Part shown: positions 33,395 through 46,870 of the stretch, piece by piece
Layout: every line of letters begins with the position of its first letter
Numbering within the stretch: the stretch's first letter is position 1
Origin: Felis catus
Lineage: Eukaryota
Assembly: GCF_018350175.1 (NCBI RefSeq)
Contig: NC_058382.1
Coordinates: forward strand, 18,104,001-18,168,000
Length of the DNA stretch: 64,000 bases
Reading direction: 5' to 3'
The notes under the pieces: generated by a model
What the model was told of the DNA's origin: nothing
The model's input: the letters and a program-made list of their open reading frames with translations, nothing else
The model's database searches: none
Made by a program: the position numbers and the translations under genes

Positions 33395-35675
33395 CTGGGA
33401 AGGACACACAAGATGAGAAGGTGGCCAGGAGCCATGCCGCTTTTTGCTGTGTTAGAGGGTCTGGAGGAACATATGCCTGGACCTTCTTCCCGATCCCCCA
33501 GCCATGGGGCTTCCCTAGACACTTGGATTGGTTTCTGCAGCATCCCTGAGACTCAGGACATCATCGTTGAATCCACACCACCTTTGTGTTGCTTCACACA
33601 GGTTCTGGGCAGGGGGTGTGCACTGGTAGCATGTGCTACCAGATGGGGGGGGCCCCCATCTGGCAAGCCACCATGTTTGTATGATGGTTTGCCAACATTT
33701 GACAAGGTTTTACATAAAATCCCAGCTCTCTAACCACCTTGTCAGGAGATGTGGCCACCCTGGGCCTGTGTCCTTACAGAGCAGTAGGGCGCAAAGGAGC
33801 CCCTGTAGGTAAAGCCCATGTGCTAGATTCTCTAGCTGGATTCAAGTGTTCCCTTGACCATTCCAGAAAACGCATCGTCTGGGGAGGAATCCCAGGCCCA
33901 CTCCCCTCGCATGGCTGCTGGGTCCTCCAGGCCCACATGCAATGGTTATCAGTCTGAGGCAAGAGCGTGGGAGCCTCAGCGTTCACTTGCCTCAGCCAAG
34001 CAGCGAACCAAGTACCTCCTCCAGTGGCCGAGGGCCACATCCACTCCCACCCTACCCCCGCCTGATTCTAGGCTGGACAGCTCAAGGGCACATCCTCTTT
34101 GCTGCCTTCCTCCCCAGGCAAGAGGCTGAGTTCTGGCGGCTGCTCTTGTGTCAGAGTCACTGGGCCCCAGGAGGCTGCTTCCTCCCTGGGATTGGGACAG
34201 GGAAATGGGAGGCACAGAAAGCTCCCTCCTCTGATTCAGTTTGGAAACAGAAAGCTCAGGACTCAGCACCCCCAGGAGAAGCCCCTTGGTAGCTCAGGTG
34301 ATCTGGCAGTTCCCTAACTAACCGTGGGAACTGGACCGACTTCTTACTAGCTGGGAGTTGTGGACCAAAGGAACGGGGCCCCTGGCAGTGAGTTCATGGG
34401 TTCTCTGAGGTATCAGGGTCTCAGGATGGAAAGAACATGGCCTGGGGACAGGCATTTGCCATTGTGGTCCCAGCCTTAGTTAGTGGGATAATTGCAAACC
34501 TGGATGCAGCCCCGGCAGGGGGGGTTGGGGGCATCTCTCATCACCTGTGATGTGGGCTAACACCCCCTGCCTGAATACAAAGCTCTCAACTAAAAATGAC
34601 AAGAGAAACAGGATGGCCAGCAGCCTCCAGAGAGCAGTGGATTTTCCTCAGGGCAGCAATACTTTGAGGAACCGGGTTGCTCACTGCCAAGTTCAATGTC
34701 ATAAAGTTAGCCAGTGTGGACTGAGCCGCAGCCCTGTGCTGGGTGCTCACACGCACTCTTCCCTTCATGTTCAAACACCTTCTGCGGGGACCTGGCAAAG
34801 AAGGAAACCATCCGGGAGAGTGGGTGCTGCTTGTGTGAGGTCACACAGTGTCACTGCCAGGGCTCCAAGGTGCTTCCTGGCCCTTAGTCATTACCAGTGC
34901 TGACAGCAACATGTCCGACAGCTAGTGGGTGAGGAACGTTTTCTGTAGGCTGAGCCCCGCGCTAAGTACCGGACACACAAGGGGAGGTGGCTCATTAGGC
35001 TTCCAAGCGGGTGACCTGTCCAGCCAGGCCTTACATCTCCACCTGCCTAAGCCCACAACAGCCGCCTGCCACTTCACCGTGAAGTGCGGAGGGGCACCGC
35101 CGTACCTGGACGCTCTAGAAGGAACTGGCAGCGCTCACGTCTCTGAGGAGAGGAGCTGGGCCAGTGGCAAGAGGGAGACTCCCTCTCTTTGCTTCCCCCT
35201 GCCTGTTTTGTTTGCTCTTTCCCCTTCCGTCCCCAGCCATACCTACTCTGATGTGCTAGAGATGGCCTTAAACACGGCATCCGCGTCAATCCCAGAGTGC
35301 TTTTGTGGACGTGGGCTTTTAAAATTTTGTAAACTATACAGTGCTGTAAACCTTGTCTGGTGTCTTACTTTTTCATTGCAGATTTTGTTTTTCAAGGCAG
35401 CTTTTCTTCCCAGTGAATGGCATTTTGCACTATTTGAATCCTTTTTTTTTTTTTTTAACCATGTGCATAAATTATGCTTTCAAAACAAACAACTTCAAAT
35501 AAGTGAAAATCTAAATGAGCATTGAAGACAGCAGATCCTCCTTGGCCCACTTTGTCCCAGATCGCTCAAACCCTCCAGAACAGTGACAGTGTCCTGGGAA
35601 GCGGGCAGAGGGCTACCTCCTCCCCTGGAAGCCAGGAGAGAGGCCTGCAGGGGTGGGCGTGTGAGGGGCACTTAC

Positions 35676-35822
35676 AGGCCTCCGGACAGCAGCACTTCTC
35701 CGGGCAGCAGGGACACCTGACATAACAGCAGCACGTGTGGGGGCAGCACTGACACCAGCAGATGCCCAGGAGGAGGAAGACGAGGAAGGCAGCCAAGCAG
35801 ACCACGACCACAAATAGCCAGT
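35676..35822 (-). CDS. LSR: LSR exon 5 (transmembrane and Cys-rich region)
   Basis: [48 protein letters not shown]; AG/GT. Confidence 0.97.
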
Positions 35823-36393
35823 CTGCGGAGGGAGGAGAAAAGGCCGTGAGCGGGAGGCCTGGGAGGACACGGGGACACGCGGACACAGGCACAGCGGGGC
35901 AGTGCAGAGTCACGGGTGGGGCGAAGCTGTCTGTGAAACTTGCTGGGGACGTTGCAGCCCCCTGCTGGATTCTCCGTGCCAGACGCCAGGGCGCAGCAGC
36001 AGAGGGATGCCCGCCCTCTACGACCCAGGCCAGTCCTGAATTTAGGGAGCTTGCACTGGGCTCATCAGGGAAGGCAGAGAATGAGGGGTGACCTGGCTGG
36101 AGCAAGAACAGGATGGAGCCTCAGAGAAGGGACAGAGAGCCAGCTGCCCAGATCCTCGTCTCTAGAAGAGTAAGGCAGGCACCAGTCAACAGGAGCCCCC
36201 TGCCTGCACCCCAGGCCCCTGCTCAGCCAGCCCAGCCCACCCCAAATCCCAGGGCCAGGTCACCTGATGCCACGGAGTTGGAGTCAGGTGAGGTTAGTGG
36301 GGGTCCACAGAGAGCAGTGTTTAGGGTGGGGGAGAATACTTAGCAGCGGTAAGTGGTGTCGGGGGCGGGGGGGGGGGGGGCGCCACCCCGTAC

Positions 36394-36450
36394 CTTCCAT
36401 GGGCCCCGCCTGAAAACCAGGTAAGAGCTCTGCCACCCCCGAGGTCCTGC
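36394..36450 (-). CDS. LSR: LSR exon 4 (57 nt cassette)
   Basis: RTSGVAELLPGFQAGPME; ctccag|...AAG|gtacgg; frame-preserving. Confidence 0.9.
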
Positions 36451-38161
36451 CTGGAGGGACAAAAGAAAGACAGATTATGCTGGCAGGGGCCAGCCCAGCC
36501 CGCCCCTACCCTGAAGCCAAGCTCCAGGCTCATCAGGGTGAAGGTGTCCTGAAGCAGACGGGCTGGTAGCCCAGGAGGGTCCTGGCACACAGTTCCTGCC
36601 GCGCGCCCCCCACCAGTTGAGTGCTATTTTCCAGAAGGCTTCCACCACATAATTTACCCACTCTCTCATGCCATGGGGAATTCTCTTGCCCCAAAGGGTC
36701 CCGTGGTTCTGAAAGTTCAACCTCCGTGTGGGCACTCCATCTTTTCCACATACACGGGTCCTATCGCCCCAAAGGGCTCCATGTCATGTGACAGGGACAG
36801 TCCTGTTCCATCAGGCAGAGGAGGCACAGTGCCCGAGGGCCCAGGAAAATGTTTTAATTTTATTTTAAAATCTGAAGAAAAAAATATAGTAACACTGAAT
36901 ATATAATAATGAATTTACAGCAATGCAATCACAAAACACGTATTTTTAATACGAAGGAAGAGGCCCATGAAGGCAAAAGTGCCAACAGGCCATCAAAATC
37001 ATAGCGTGGCCCTGAGTTCCGTCTCATTTCACACTCTGTCCCATACGCACATTCCATGGCCCAGCTGGTGCCACCGGTTGCTCTGTGTCCCACTAGCATC
37101 GTACCGCCGGGGCACCCACACACCAGCTCTGTGTCAACAAAGCTCTCCCCAACAGACCTCACATACTCCGTGCCACCTGCCCCGACGAGGAGGTTCTAGC
37201 ACGCAAGCCAGCGGTTCCCAAAGTGTGGTCCTGCCCACGAGGCTACAACTCTCAGAATGACACCACGCCATCATTCGCCTTTTTCGCACCCCATCTCCCG
37301 CAGGTGCGCAGGGGTTTTCCAGAGGCTCCGTGCCGGGCGATGACCTCATCGCTTTGAGGATAACGGATCGGGTGCCCACGTGCCTCGTGCTTAAAAAAAC
37401 CTCCTGCTTTCAATTTGTAATAATCCACAAAACCGTCCACAAAAACTCTTTGCGAGCCTCGATAGTTGTTTAATGCGTTAAGCAGGTCCTAACACTACAT
37501 TTTGGGAAATGCTGATGTAGAATGTGCATTTGACCAAAGGCCAGCGTTCTCTGGGTCACCCACACGTGAGCTCTGCTGTGATCTGAACACCCTGGAGCAC
37601 GTCCCCCATCATGTGTGTGCTCATTCACACATGCATTTCCTTGCATCACACGTGTGATGATGGCAACGTCCAGCCCAGCAGCGCCACACGTACAGCACAC
37701 GCCTCACATATAGCACGCGCCACACATGACTATATGTGTTGGCCGGTAACAGAGCATCTGGCTAATGGCAGCATCCCTTCCACGCATGGCAGCAGGATCC
37801 AGCCTTCCCTCAGTTAGACACACCGCCTTCCCTCCTCACTCACTGCCAATTAACTCTGAGAATTTCGAGATTTTTAAAAACGGAGACCAGGAAGAGGTAG
37901 AATCCCCAGCGCTCTCCACTCTCAGTGTGGCTCTGGCTTATCTGAATTGTTGGGGAGAGGGGTCCCTGCCTGGGGTGCAGGGCAAAGAGAAGCCCCAGTG
38001 ACTGGTGGTGCCATGAGGGGAGAGCGAAGCAGGCGACAGAGTCCAGAGAGCGAGCTGGAGGGCGGAGGGCAGACGGCAGACATAACACAAGTGGCTGAAG
38101 AAGGGGCCCCGGTCCCGGTTCCCACCCCCTTCCCGGGCCCGCAGGGCCCAAGCCCACTCAC

Positions 38162-38281
38162 CCAGAACGATGAGCTCTGCATAGGCCTCGTTGTTCCCCT
38201 GGAGGTCCTGCGCTGAGACCACGGAGCAGTAATATACACCGCTGTCCCCCCAACCCGTCTGGTCAAAGGTCAGGTCAGCAT
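38162..38281 (-). CDS. LSR: LSR exon 3 (C-terminal half of Ig domain)
   Basis: ADLTFDQTGWGDSGVYYCSVVSAQDLQGNNEAYAELIVL; AG/GT. Confidence 0.97.
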
Positions 38282-39849
38282 CTGCAACAGGAGACAGGTG
38301 AGGGAGCCTCGGGGGAGGGCATCGGGGCCTCCCCGAGAGCATGTCAGGAAGAGGGTAAGAGAGCAGGCCTACACACGGACCACGGGAACAGTAAATGACT
38401 CGTACCAAGGGTGTGCTACTTTTTAGGCTCTGTTGTAACTACTTAACACGGGGTATTTCAACTAGTCTGTGAGGTGGGTCCTGTTACCTTTCCTGTTCGG
38501 TAGTTGAGAAAAGAGGTCTGGCGAGATCACCTAACCTGACCCAGGTCATAAGAGTCGTCAGCGGTGGAGCTGGATGGTCTGACTCCAGAGCCTGGGCTGC
38601 AGATTTATAGCCATTGTCTTACCACCTCTCACAGCAAAGGGGACTCCCCCGACAAGAACCACCATAGTGCCTGGGATAGACCCAGGGGCAGGGGACTGGG
38701 GTGGCGAGGCAGAGAAATAGGCCAGATTCCGGGAATTGGGAGCCGCACAGGCCTGGGAAAGAGTGGCTGTGAGAGACACTAGGGCCGCCCCCAGTTCCCG
38801 AGTCACCAGCCCCACATTCCAGGTCAGGCCCAGGGCTTGGGACGCTCACACGGGCCAGGAGCCTGTCAATTACAGTGGTAATGAAAGTCTTTCAGCACAT
38901 CCGGTTTCCTCCCTACTCCTCGGGCCCTAATTAGTTAAACCCCTTCGGCCATTCACCCACGTGGGATGGGGTGGGACCCCGGGCAACTCCCCAGGAGGCC
39001 CTTGGAGGATGGGAGACAGGAACAGGCCAGAAATGAGCACCTCCCTCTCCCACCCCAGGAGTCCAGGCCGCTTTCTCCGCAGCTGCTCTGGCTCTCTGGC
39101 TCCTGCTGACCTGCCTACCTCCCTGACCCGCACACCCAACGCCCTTCCCCATGTGGGCCCCGAGGGCATGAAGTGTGTGCCCCAGTCTGCACCACCTGGG
39201 ACCCAGCAGGGCATCAGTCCACTGATGAAGTAATCAAAGAGCTGATCCCTCTTCCTTTTTCAAAAGGCCTCGCGCCTATAGGAAACCCTCCTGCCGAGGT
39301 CCTCCTACGTCCCTCCAAGCACCTTACCCCCAGCCCACAAGGCCCTTGGCAAGATCTGGCCACTGGTTACCACACCAGCCTCAAACCCACTGTTCTCCTT
39401 TGCTCACTAGACTCCAGACACACTGGCCTCCTCACCGTCCCCCAAGATGCTGGGCCCATACCTGCCTGGCACTGGGTTCCCAGACGCTCACGGGGCCGGG
39501 TCCATCCTGCAAGCGTAACCTCCACCTGACTGCTGAATTGTATCAGCCAGCTCAGGGGCTGACCCTCCGTGACCCCATGCCCAAGGGAATGTGGGCTCCA
39601 TGCAGGCAGAACCCGGCCTGTCTCGGCCACTACTGAGTCCCCAGTGCTTGGCACGGGGCCTTGGCCAGGACCGGGAAATGAACCCCTTCCCTCTTCATGC
39701 CCACCTTCCTTAGCACCTGCTGTCTGTTCCAGCATTCTGGGCACATGGCTGTATTCAAATAGGCACTTGATACACTCATTCAATATTCAACACATAATCA
39801 CCAAATGCACCCTATGTTCCGGACATACCTGAGGCGACTGGCGTGCTAG

Positions 39850-40326
39850 AAAGGCAGTCCTCCAAGTGTGATCTACAGACCCCGGGGTTCCCCCAGATCT
39901 TTTCAGAGGTGTCCTTGAGGTCAAAGTTATCATCATAATAATACTAAGGTGTTATCTGCCTTTCTCACTCAATCTCTCGTGCGTTGCCAGGAAGTTTTCC
40001 AGAGGCTATAAAGCCTGTGCTGTCACAGTATACTGAATGCAGCAGCAGCTCTGAGAAGCCAGCTTCTTCTGCTCGGGCAGACTTGCAGGAGATGTGCAAA
40101 AATATAAAACAATGCCATACTCTTCGTTAAAGGTTTTTGCTTGGGTTTGGAAAATATGGTTCTTTTTCCATAAAAAAGCACGTTATTTATATTAACCTAT
40201 AACAAATTGGTTATTGTCATTTTAAATATTTTTTAAACTCCTCTGTTTGCTAGTCATAAAAGCAAAGTCCTCTGAAGTATTTAAGAGTGGAGAGGCCCTA
40301 CAACCGACAAGTTTGAGAACCACTGC
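39850..40326. mobile_element. hAT-Charlie/MER-type DNA transposon remnant
   Basis: Ends cagtcctccaagtgtg... and ...aagtttgagaaccactg are typical of Charlie-derived elements. Confidence 0.6.
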
Positions 40327-42130
40327 TACCTACAGCAGATATAAATCCCTGCTCTGACGGAGCTCAGATCCTAACTGGGAAAGAAAGACAAATAAACTTA
40401 AATATACCACGTATCAGATGGTGATAAGGAGTATGGAGAAACCCGACCAGAGAAGGCAGACGGTAAGTGCCAGAGGTGGGAGTTGTGTAAATTTAAGGGG
40501 TGGCCAGGGAAGCCTTACACGTAAGGTGACCTTCCGAGCAACTGTGAGGGAGTAGAGGACACAACTCCCCTCCACAATCACACATCTCTGATTATTAGGC
40601 TCTTCCTCTGTGCTCGGTCCCTTTCCATGTATTCTCACTGAATCCTCATAAAACGCTGAACTATGTGCTCCCAAATCTTCCTGATTCTCCGGAACACCCT
40701 CTCGGCCCATCATTTTCCCACCTGTGTCCTTAAATCAGACTCCAACCAAGTCTCCAAAACCAGAGCTGAGGGGCGGGTCCCTACCCTGTGCTGCAGAGGT
40801 GGATGGGAACCCCCGGCTACAGCAAAAGTTCACAGGCCAGGAGTTGAAATCCCCTGGCTCCTCTGGGCCGGATCCCAGGCTCAATGTTTTCTTTGAGGCT
40901 GTATAACGTTTTCAAAACCCACACAAAATATGGCTTTCCAGCTGCTTTTGATCAATTCTAAGGCCCGGGCCCACCTCCTTCCTGCAGGGCGCACCCTGTT
41001 CCCGGTCTATGTGTGGTCCTGACATCACTCAGGCTGGGCATTGCCCTCATTGTTTTAGGTGCCAGGAGGAGGTGCTGGGTCTCCAGTTGAGAACAGAGCA
41101 GGGCCTCCTCCACATCTCTGGGCCTCTGGTTCCTTATCTGCATCAGGCAGAAGCAGCCCTCACCCCAGGGGTCCCATGGGCTTTCTAGTGCTACTGGGTA
41201 GGGGTGGGGGGGGCACACGTGCCCAGGCAGCCTGGCGAGGTAGAAACAAGCTCCCATCCCGGCGCTCCACGTCACTCAAAGCTAGGAGGAATGGAGGGGT
41301 AGCCAGAGGCACCCTGAGCTGAGGGACACACCATTATGGTTTGCCAAGGACAACTTCCAGTTAAAACCTGGACAGCTGGTGGCCCTAGGAACACCAAAAG
41401 GGGGTCCGCTTTTCTCCATCCTCAAAGCTGAAATGGAGGAAGCTCCCGCGGCTCCCAGATTTCCTGAGAGGACATACACACAATGGATATTTACACATTA
41501 CTGCCTGTATCAAACACGACACAGAGTGCGTCAAGGCAGCTTGAAACCCCCGCGTCAAGGCACCTTAGGCCTCTGGAACAAGAAGGGTCTACCCCAGGAG
41601 AGCCTGAGGGTCACTCTGGAGTTTTAGCCTCAGCAGAGGAGGCGTGATTCCAGCCAGCCTTCAAGGACACTCTCAGTTTGGCGGTATCCGGACAGGGCTG
41701 CTGGGTAGTCACGCCTGGTCCAGGCCAGAGACGGCCCTGGGTTATAGGGGAGGGGCCTGTACAGGTTGAACCCCCAAGAAGCTCTCTGACCTCAAGAACA
41801 GCAGGATGCTTTGGGCTGAGCTGCTCATGAAAAGTCAGGGCAAGCTGTTCGGGTCCCTCCCCCAAGCACGACTGACAGACTGGGTCTCTGGAACCCTGCC
41901 TTCTGTCCCTGGTCTAGACAGAGCGAGGGAGTGTGCTCCACGACCTGCCTGGTCTCTCGGGGTCTGCAAAGGGACGCTCCCTTCCCTGCTCTGTCCCCAT
42001 GCCCAAGATTAAACCTCTAATCCTTATTTAAGACAGTGAAAGGGTAAATCCATTACATGGGTTGAGCGTTCACCCCTCGCCCACTGCAGCCCCATCACCT
42101 TCCCCTAGATTCTTTAGGGTCTGGTCCTTC

Positions 42131-42345
42131 TATCTCTTATTTTAATATTTATTTTTGAGAGAGAGAGACAGAGACAGAGTGAGAGCTGGGGAGGGGCAGA
42201 GAGAGAGGGAGACAGAATGCGAAGCAGGCTCCAGGCTCTAAGCTGTCAGCACAGAGCCCGACGCGGGGGGGCTCCAACTCACAAACTGTGAGATCATGAC
42301 CTGGCCAAGTGGGACGCTTAACAGACTGAGCCACCCAGGCACCCC
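42131..42345 (-). mobile_element. Can-SINE
   Basis: 16-bp TSD TAGGGTCTGGTCCTTC (42115-42130, 42346-42361). Confidence 0.94.
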
Positions 42346-43526
42346 TAGGGTCTGGTCCTTCGAAAATCACACTCACTAAACGTCTTAAGGGGTGCGCCCC
42401 TGACTCATTCCATATAGTAGGTGGCCCTAGCTGGCTTGCTCTGTAGCACTTAGTACTCCCTGAAATTCTCTTTCTCTGCTTGTTTACTGCCAGTCTCACC
42501 CCACTAGAATGTCACCTCCTTGAGCACAGAGACCTTGGCTGTCCTGATCGCCACTTACATCCACAGCACCTACATCAGCACCTAACATTTAGCAGATGCT
42601 CGATAAATACCGAAAGAATGAATGGATGACTTCCTACCTGCTCCTTACTTAGTCCCAAAAGGCATTTCCTATTAGCTGGCAGCATTATGGTTAAAGACCA
42701 GGCTTCTGAAGTCTGCCTGGGTTCAAATCCCAGCTCCAGCTCCTTCTTAGCTGTGTGTCTAGACAGCCACTCTAACCTCTCTGAGCCTCAAAGCCAAGAG
42801 TGTAAAATGTGGTCACGAGGACTGCATAGGAGAAAGTATGTAAGGTGCCTGGCAAGTCATAGGCTTTATCCATGAAAATCTCTCACCCCGTCAGCTTACT
42901 CATGTTACCACCTTGGTGAGCCCTTTGCTGACCACCCTGGGCAAGTAAAGGGATTACAAGCTTGGAGATGAGACCCAAAGTGGCCGCCTTAGAATCGCAG
43001 CTCTGTGACCCCGTGTGAGCTGCTTTACCTCTCTGGACCTCTACACAATGACAATAGAATCTCACACAATTACTGTGTGGTCTAAATGAGTTATTCCATA
43101 CAAACCCAGATGAGGGCCTTGGCACATGCTTATATACATTTTTACACATTGTTGCTGGTATTAGTATCATTCTAGAACCGCTGCTTCTCTTCATTACCCA
43201 ATTTTATGTTCCAAGCACTTGACACTACATGTTATCTCATTGGTCTCCCTCACTGGAATGTGGTCTCCACAAGGGAAAGGATTTGATGAACTTCCAGCAT
43301 CAAACGGCACCTGTATACGTTAGGTGCTCAATAAATCTTTGTTGTTAAATAAAGCACAGACGGATGAATGGATGGATGGAAGGAAGGATCCCTCCCTTCA
43401 TCAAGCCTTTAGACACTGGTGCTCAAGAGCTTCCAGGGGGGGCGACACCAGGTTGGGCACAACGGAGCCAACACCGCCACCCAAGCAAGCCCCGCCCCGT
43501 CCCCTGCCCTGCCCAGCCCAACATAC

Positions 43527-43871
43527 TTCCTGTGATGGTGATCCTTCGGCCCTGGTAGTAGTCTCCCAGGGTCACGGCATTGCCCTGCTTGGTGGCTACA
43601 ACCCTGACAGTGCGCATGCTGTCCTGGCACTCCACGTAGGGATTGTAGCCTGGGTTACCGGCTGCCAGTTGGGCATTGAGCTGGTTGTCCACACTGGCTG
43701 GGGAGAAGGCATCGGCGATGCGGTCCCGGCAGAAAGACTTGTACTTCCAGATCACAATGGGTGCCGTGGGAGTCGTGGTGGCTTGGTAGGTGCAGGGCAG
43801 GGTCACAGGCTGGAAGAGGATCACCACGTGGTAGGGGTCTGACACAGTCACCTGGATGGCGCTGGCAGGAG
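43527..43871 (-). CDS. LSR: LSR exon 2 (N-terminal half of Ig domain, 345 nt)
   Basis: PASAIQVTVSDPYHVVILFQPVTLPCTY...YYQGRRITITG; AG/GT. Confidence 0.97.
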
Positions 43872-44939
43872 CTGAGGGCAAGGGGAGAGTCAGCAAGGGC
43901 TTCTGTAAGCTCAGGGAAGTGCCTCAGGACTGAGCAACATCACTGGTCACCAGTGGGACACTTGCAAGTGTAATGGTTTTACAGAATCCCTAGCACACAT
44001 TGTTCCTTAATCCCTGGGACCGGAGAGGCTGCTCAGATAATCATGCCCATTTCCTAGACCCGTGGGGCTAAAGTGGCAAGTGCAAGGTCACACAGCCAGA
44101 TTTCTTGGAACGTCCTGTCCATCCCTCTTCCTAGAGTGTGGCCTTGGCTCCCTCTTCCCTTAGCCATTCTCTCATGGGAAGGACCTCTCTCTGTGGCCTA
44201 AGCAGGAAGGCGCAAAGACCACCCCAAGGCCACTGCACTCAAGGCCCCACTGCAAAAACAACCACTAAAGGTTCCAAGTTCCATGGGGTCTTGTGACTGG
44301 GGGGCGAGGGAGGGGAGTGGAATTTTGGCGTTGTTTCACTGAACTCTTTTGCCATGGAGTAGCTAAAGCCCCCATAGTGTCTCCATCAGCCTCCCACTCA
44401 CCCGACCCTAATCCATCTCAAACGAACACACCAAAAGCGCTTGGGTAAAGATAAAGTCCCCTCCACATCCCCACCCAAACATCCGATCCAGGTGAAAGCT
44501 TGCCAGCAGAAGATGGTTTCACACCAAGTCCGTAAGTCCATCCCACCAGACCCTTAAGCAGATACTTCCCAACGTGGATGGGGCTGGGGCCTGGGGAGTC
44601 CCTAGTCCTACATCCACCCAAAGCCTGGGCTCTGTTTCTTGAACTCTTTCTCCAGGCGGAGTCTGATCCAGCCCTCGAGTGTCCGCTCTCCGTTACCCCA
44701 AGTCTTAGAAATCTTGGGGTGCGCCCAAATCCCCATCCCGGCCTTTGCCAGTGATCGGGTGGTCCTTCACCCCGACATCACAAAAGGTCCCCTTCTCCTT
44801 GCCGCTCCAGGATTCGCGGTCCGGGGAGTTTCACTTCCTGCTATCTCTGAACTAGGGCGGGGGAGCGTTCCTTGGCTCGAATGGGGAATTCCCCTCACCC
44901 TGGCGCCCAGATTTCCCGAGACCCTGGGGATCCAGAGAT

Positions 44940-46320
44940 CCTAGTCTCGGCGCTCCCCCTCCCCCAGCTCTCCAGCCCGCTCGGCTGTGTAGAACTCCAT
45001 CCATCCCCCTTCTACAGCGCCGTCCCGCCGCTCCGCCGACCAGAGGCCCCGCTCTCCATACCTGTGCACAAGGTGCTGAGAAAAAGCCACACGAAGACGA
45101 CCGCGCCCCAGCCCCGAAAGGCTAGGTGAGGGCCCATCCCCCAGGAGAGCCCGCGAGCCACTGGCGCCATCGCGGCCGTCTGGGCGCGTCTGGCCCGCGC
45201 GTCCCCTACTTGGTACCGAGAGGGTAGGGGGCGCGGCGCGCACCAAGCCTGGGAGGGGTGCTTGCTCCTCCCCTTCCCGCTTCCGTTCCTTGTCCCTATT
45301 CCAAGCCCACCCTGCCCTGTTCCAGGACTTTAATTAGCGGAAATAACGTGGATGAGGAGCACGCTTCAGCTTTCGGGGAGAAACTCGCCGGACCCACTGT
45401 GGCTCCCCGAGCCACTCCACCCCCTGCGCGCTCTGGGGAATGGATCAGCCCAGGTACACTGGGTGAGAGCAGAGGGCTGGGCCAGGGGGTGGGCGGTGGG
45501 GAGGGGCTCCTCCACCTCCCTCCCCGGAAGTGGGCTGACCCAGGTACGCTCCGGCCCCGAGGGTCGGAACCAAGTGACCAGCCCGCCGGGAGGGCGCCTG
45601 CGGACTGGGGGTCCTGTCCGGCCCTCTCCTGCCCTGGCGAAGCCGCGCAGAGTGTAACTCACGAGAACCGACGCTTAACTGGGGTGATTCACCTGTTGAG
45701 GGGGGCGGGTCCCTCCCTGCACCTGTTCCCTCTCTGCCCACACCCCTCTGCCCGGCTGGCGATGGACCCGCCTAGGTACACCCTGCGGGGAGGGGCGAGT
45801 CTTAGCGAGCTTTGGGCTGGGGGAGGCTCCCGTCCAGGGAGAACGGAGGCGTTGCAGGCCTGTTGTGCCTTCCACTTAGATAATTGAAAGAACCGAGTGA
45901 AGATTCCGGAAAGGAAGCTCTGCGCTCTTAGGGACGCCCGAGGGGAATCAGGCCCAGGAAAAGTTGGAATTCTTTTGGGGAAGTTTTCTCCGCCTCCCTT
46001 CCCAAGTCGCGGTTCAGTCCCCGGGCAGCCATCGCCCCAGGTTAGGCCTCCGGACACGCTCGCTCTTAAAGGGCCGAGCGGAAGCGCGCAACTAAGGATA
46101 GGTTTCGGCGTAAGGATTCCCAGGGTCTGGGCCACCTGCGCCCGAGGGTGGGGTGTGTCGAGGCACCCGAACGCGAGGCGTTCAGCGCGGCTCTTCTGCC
46201 CCCCGAAGGCAGCTCGGGGAAGCGCCTCCTGGGGAGCACTAGGCGCTTACTCGACAGACTCCCTGGAGGTAGCGAACTGGCCACTGGCTGGCCGGTGGCC
46301 GGTGCAGTGGCCTCGGATGT
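44940..46320. promoter_or_regulatory. LSR promoter CpG-rich region
   Basis: CpG-dense sequence spanning exon 1 and upstream. Confidence 0.7.
45062..45170 (-). CDS. LSR: LSR (lipolysis-stimulated lipoprotein receptor / angulin-1) exon 1, signal peptide
   Basis: gccgcgATGG Kozak; MAPVARGLSWGMGPHLAFRGWGAVVFVWLFLSTLCT; CAG|gtatgg; the 10 exons total 1794 nt = 597 aa + stop. Confidence 0.92.
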
Positions 46321-46708
46321 TTTGTTCCACTGCATCCTATTAAAATTCAAGTCGGATCACGTACAGCTGTTCAAAAACTTGCTGTGGCTCCCCTTCCCAG
46401 AAGAAACCAAAATACTTACCGCGGCCTGAGCTCTCTCTGGCTTCCCCTCCTTCCACTCTCCTCCAGGCTCACTCAACTCCAGCCACACGGGCTCCCGCCC
46501 GATACTGGAATGTGTCTCTCCCACTCCCACTCAGACCTGTTGTACTACTCCCTCTGGCCGAACCCCCTTCCTGCAGATGGCCACTTGACTTTCCGCCTCC
46601 TTTACGGCTCTACAGAAAGGTCATTTCTTATAAAATTTCAACCCTCCCTCGCCTCTTTATTTTTTGTGTATCTGTGATAAAATATACATACCATTTTAGC
46701 CATTTGCA

Positions 46709-46870
46709 TTTATTTTTTAAAGTTTAGTTGTTTATTTTGAGAGAGAGAGAGAGAGGGAGAGAATCCCAAGCAGGCTCCTTTGCTGTCAGCAAGGAGCCTG
46801 ACATAGGCCTTGATCCCACCAATGGAGAGACCATGACCTGAGCCAAAATCAAGAGCCACCGAGGTGCCCC
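46709..46870 (-). mobile_element. Can-SINE (older, partly deleted)
   Basis: (GA)n, gaatcccaagcaggctcc, catgacctgagccaaaatcaagag. Confidence 0.8.
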
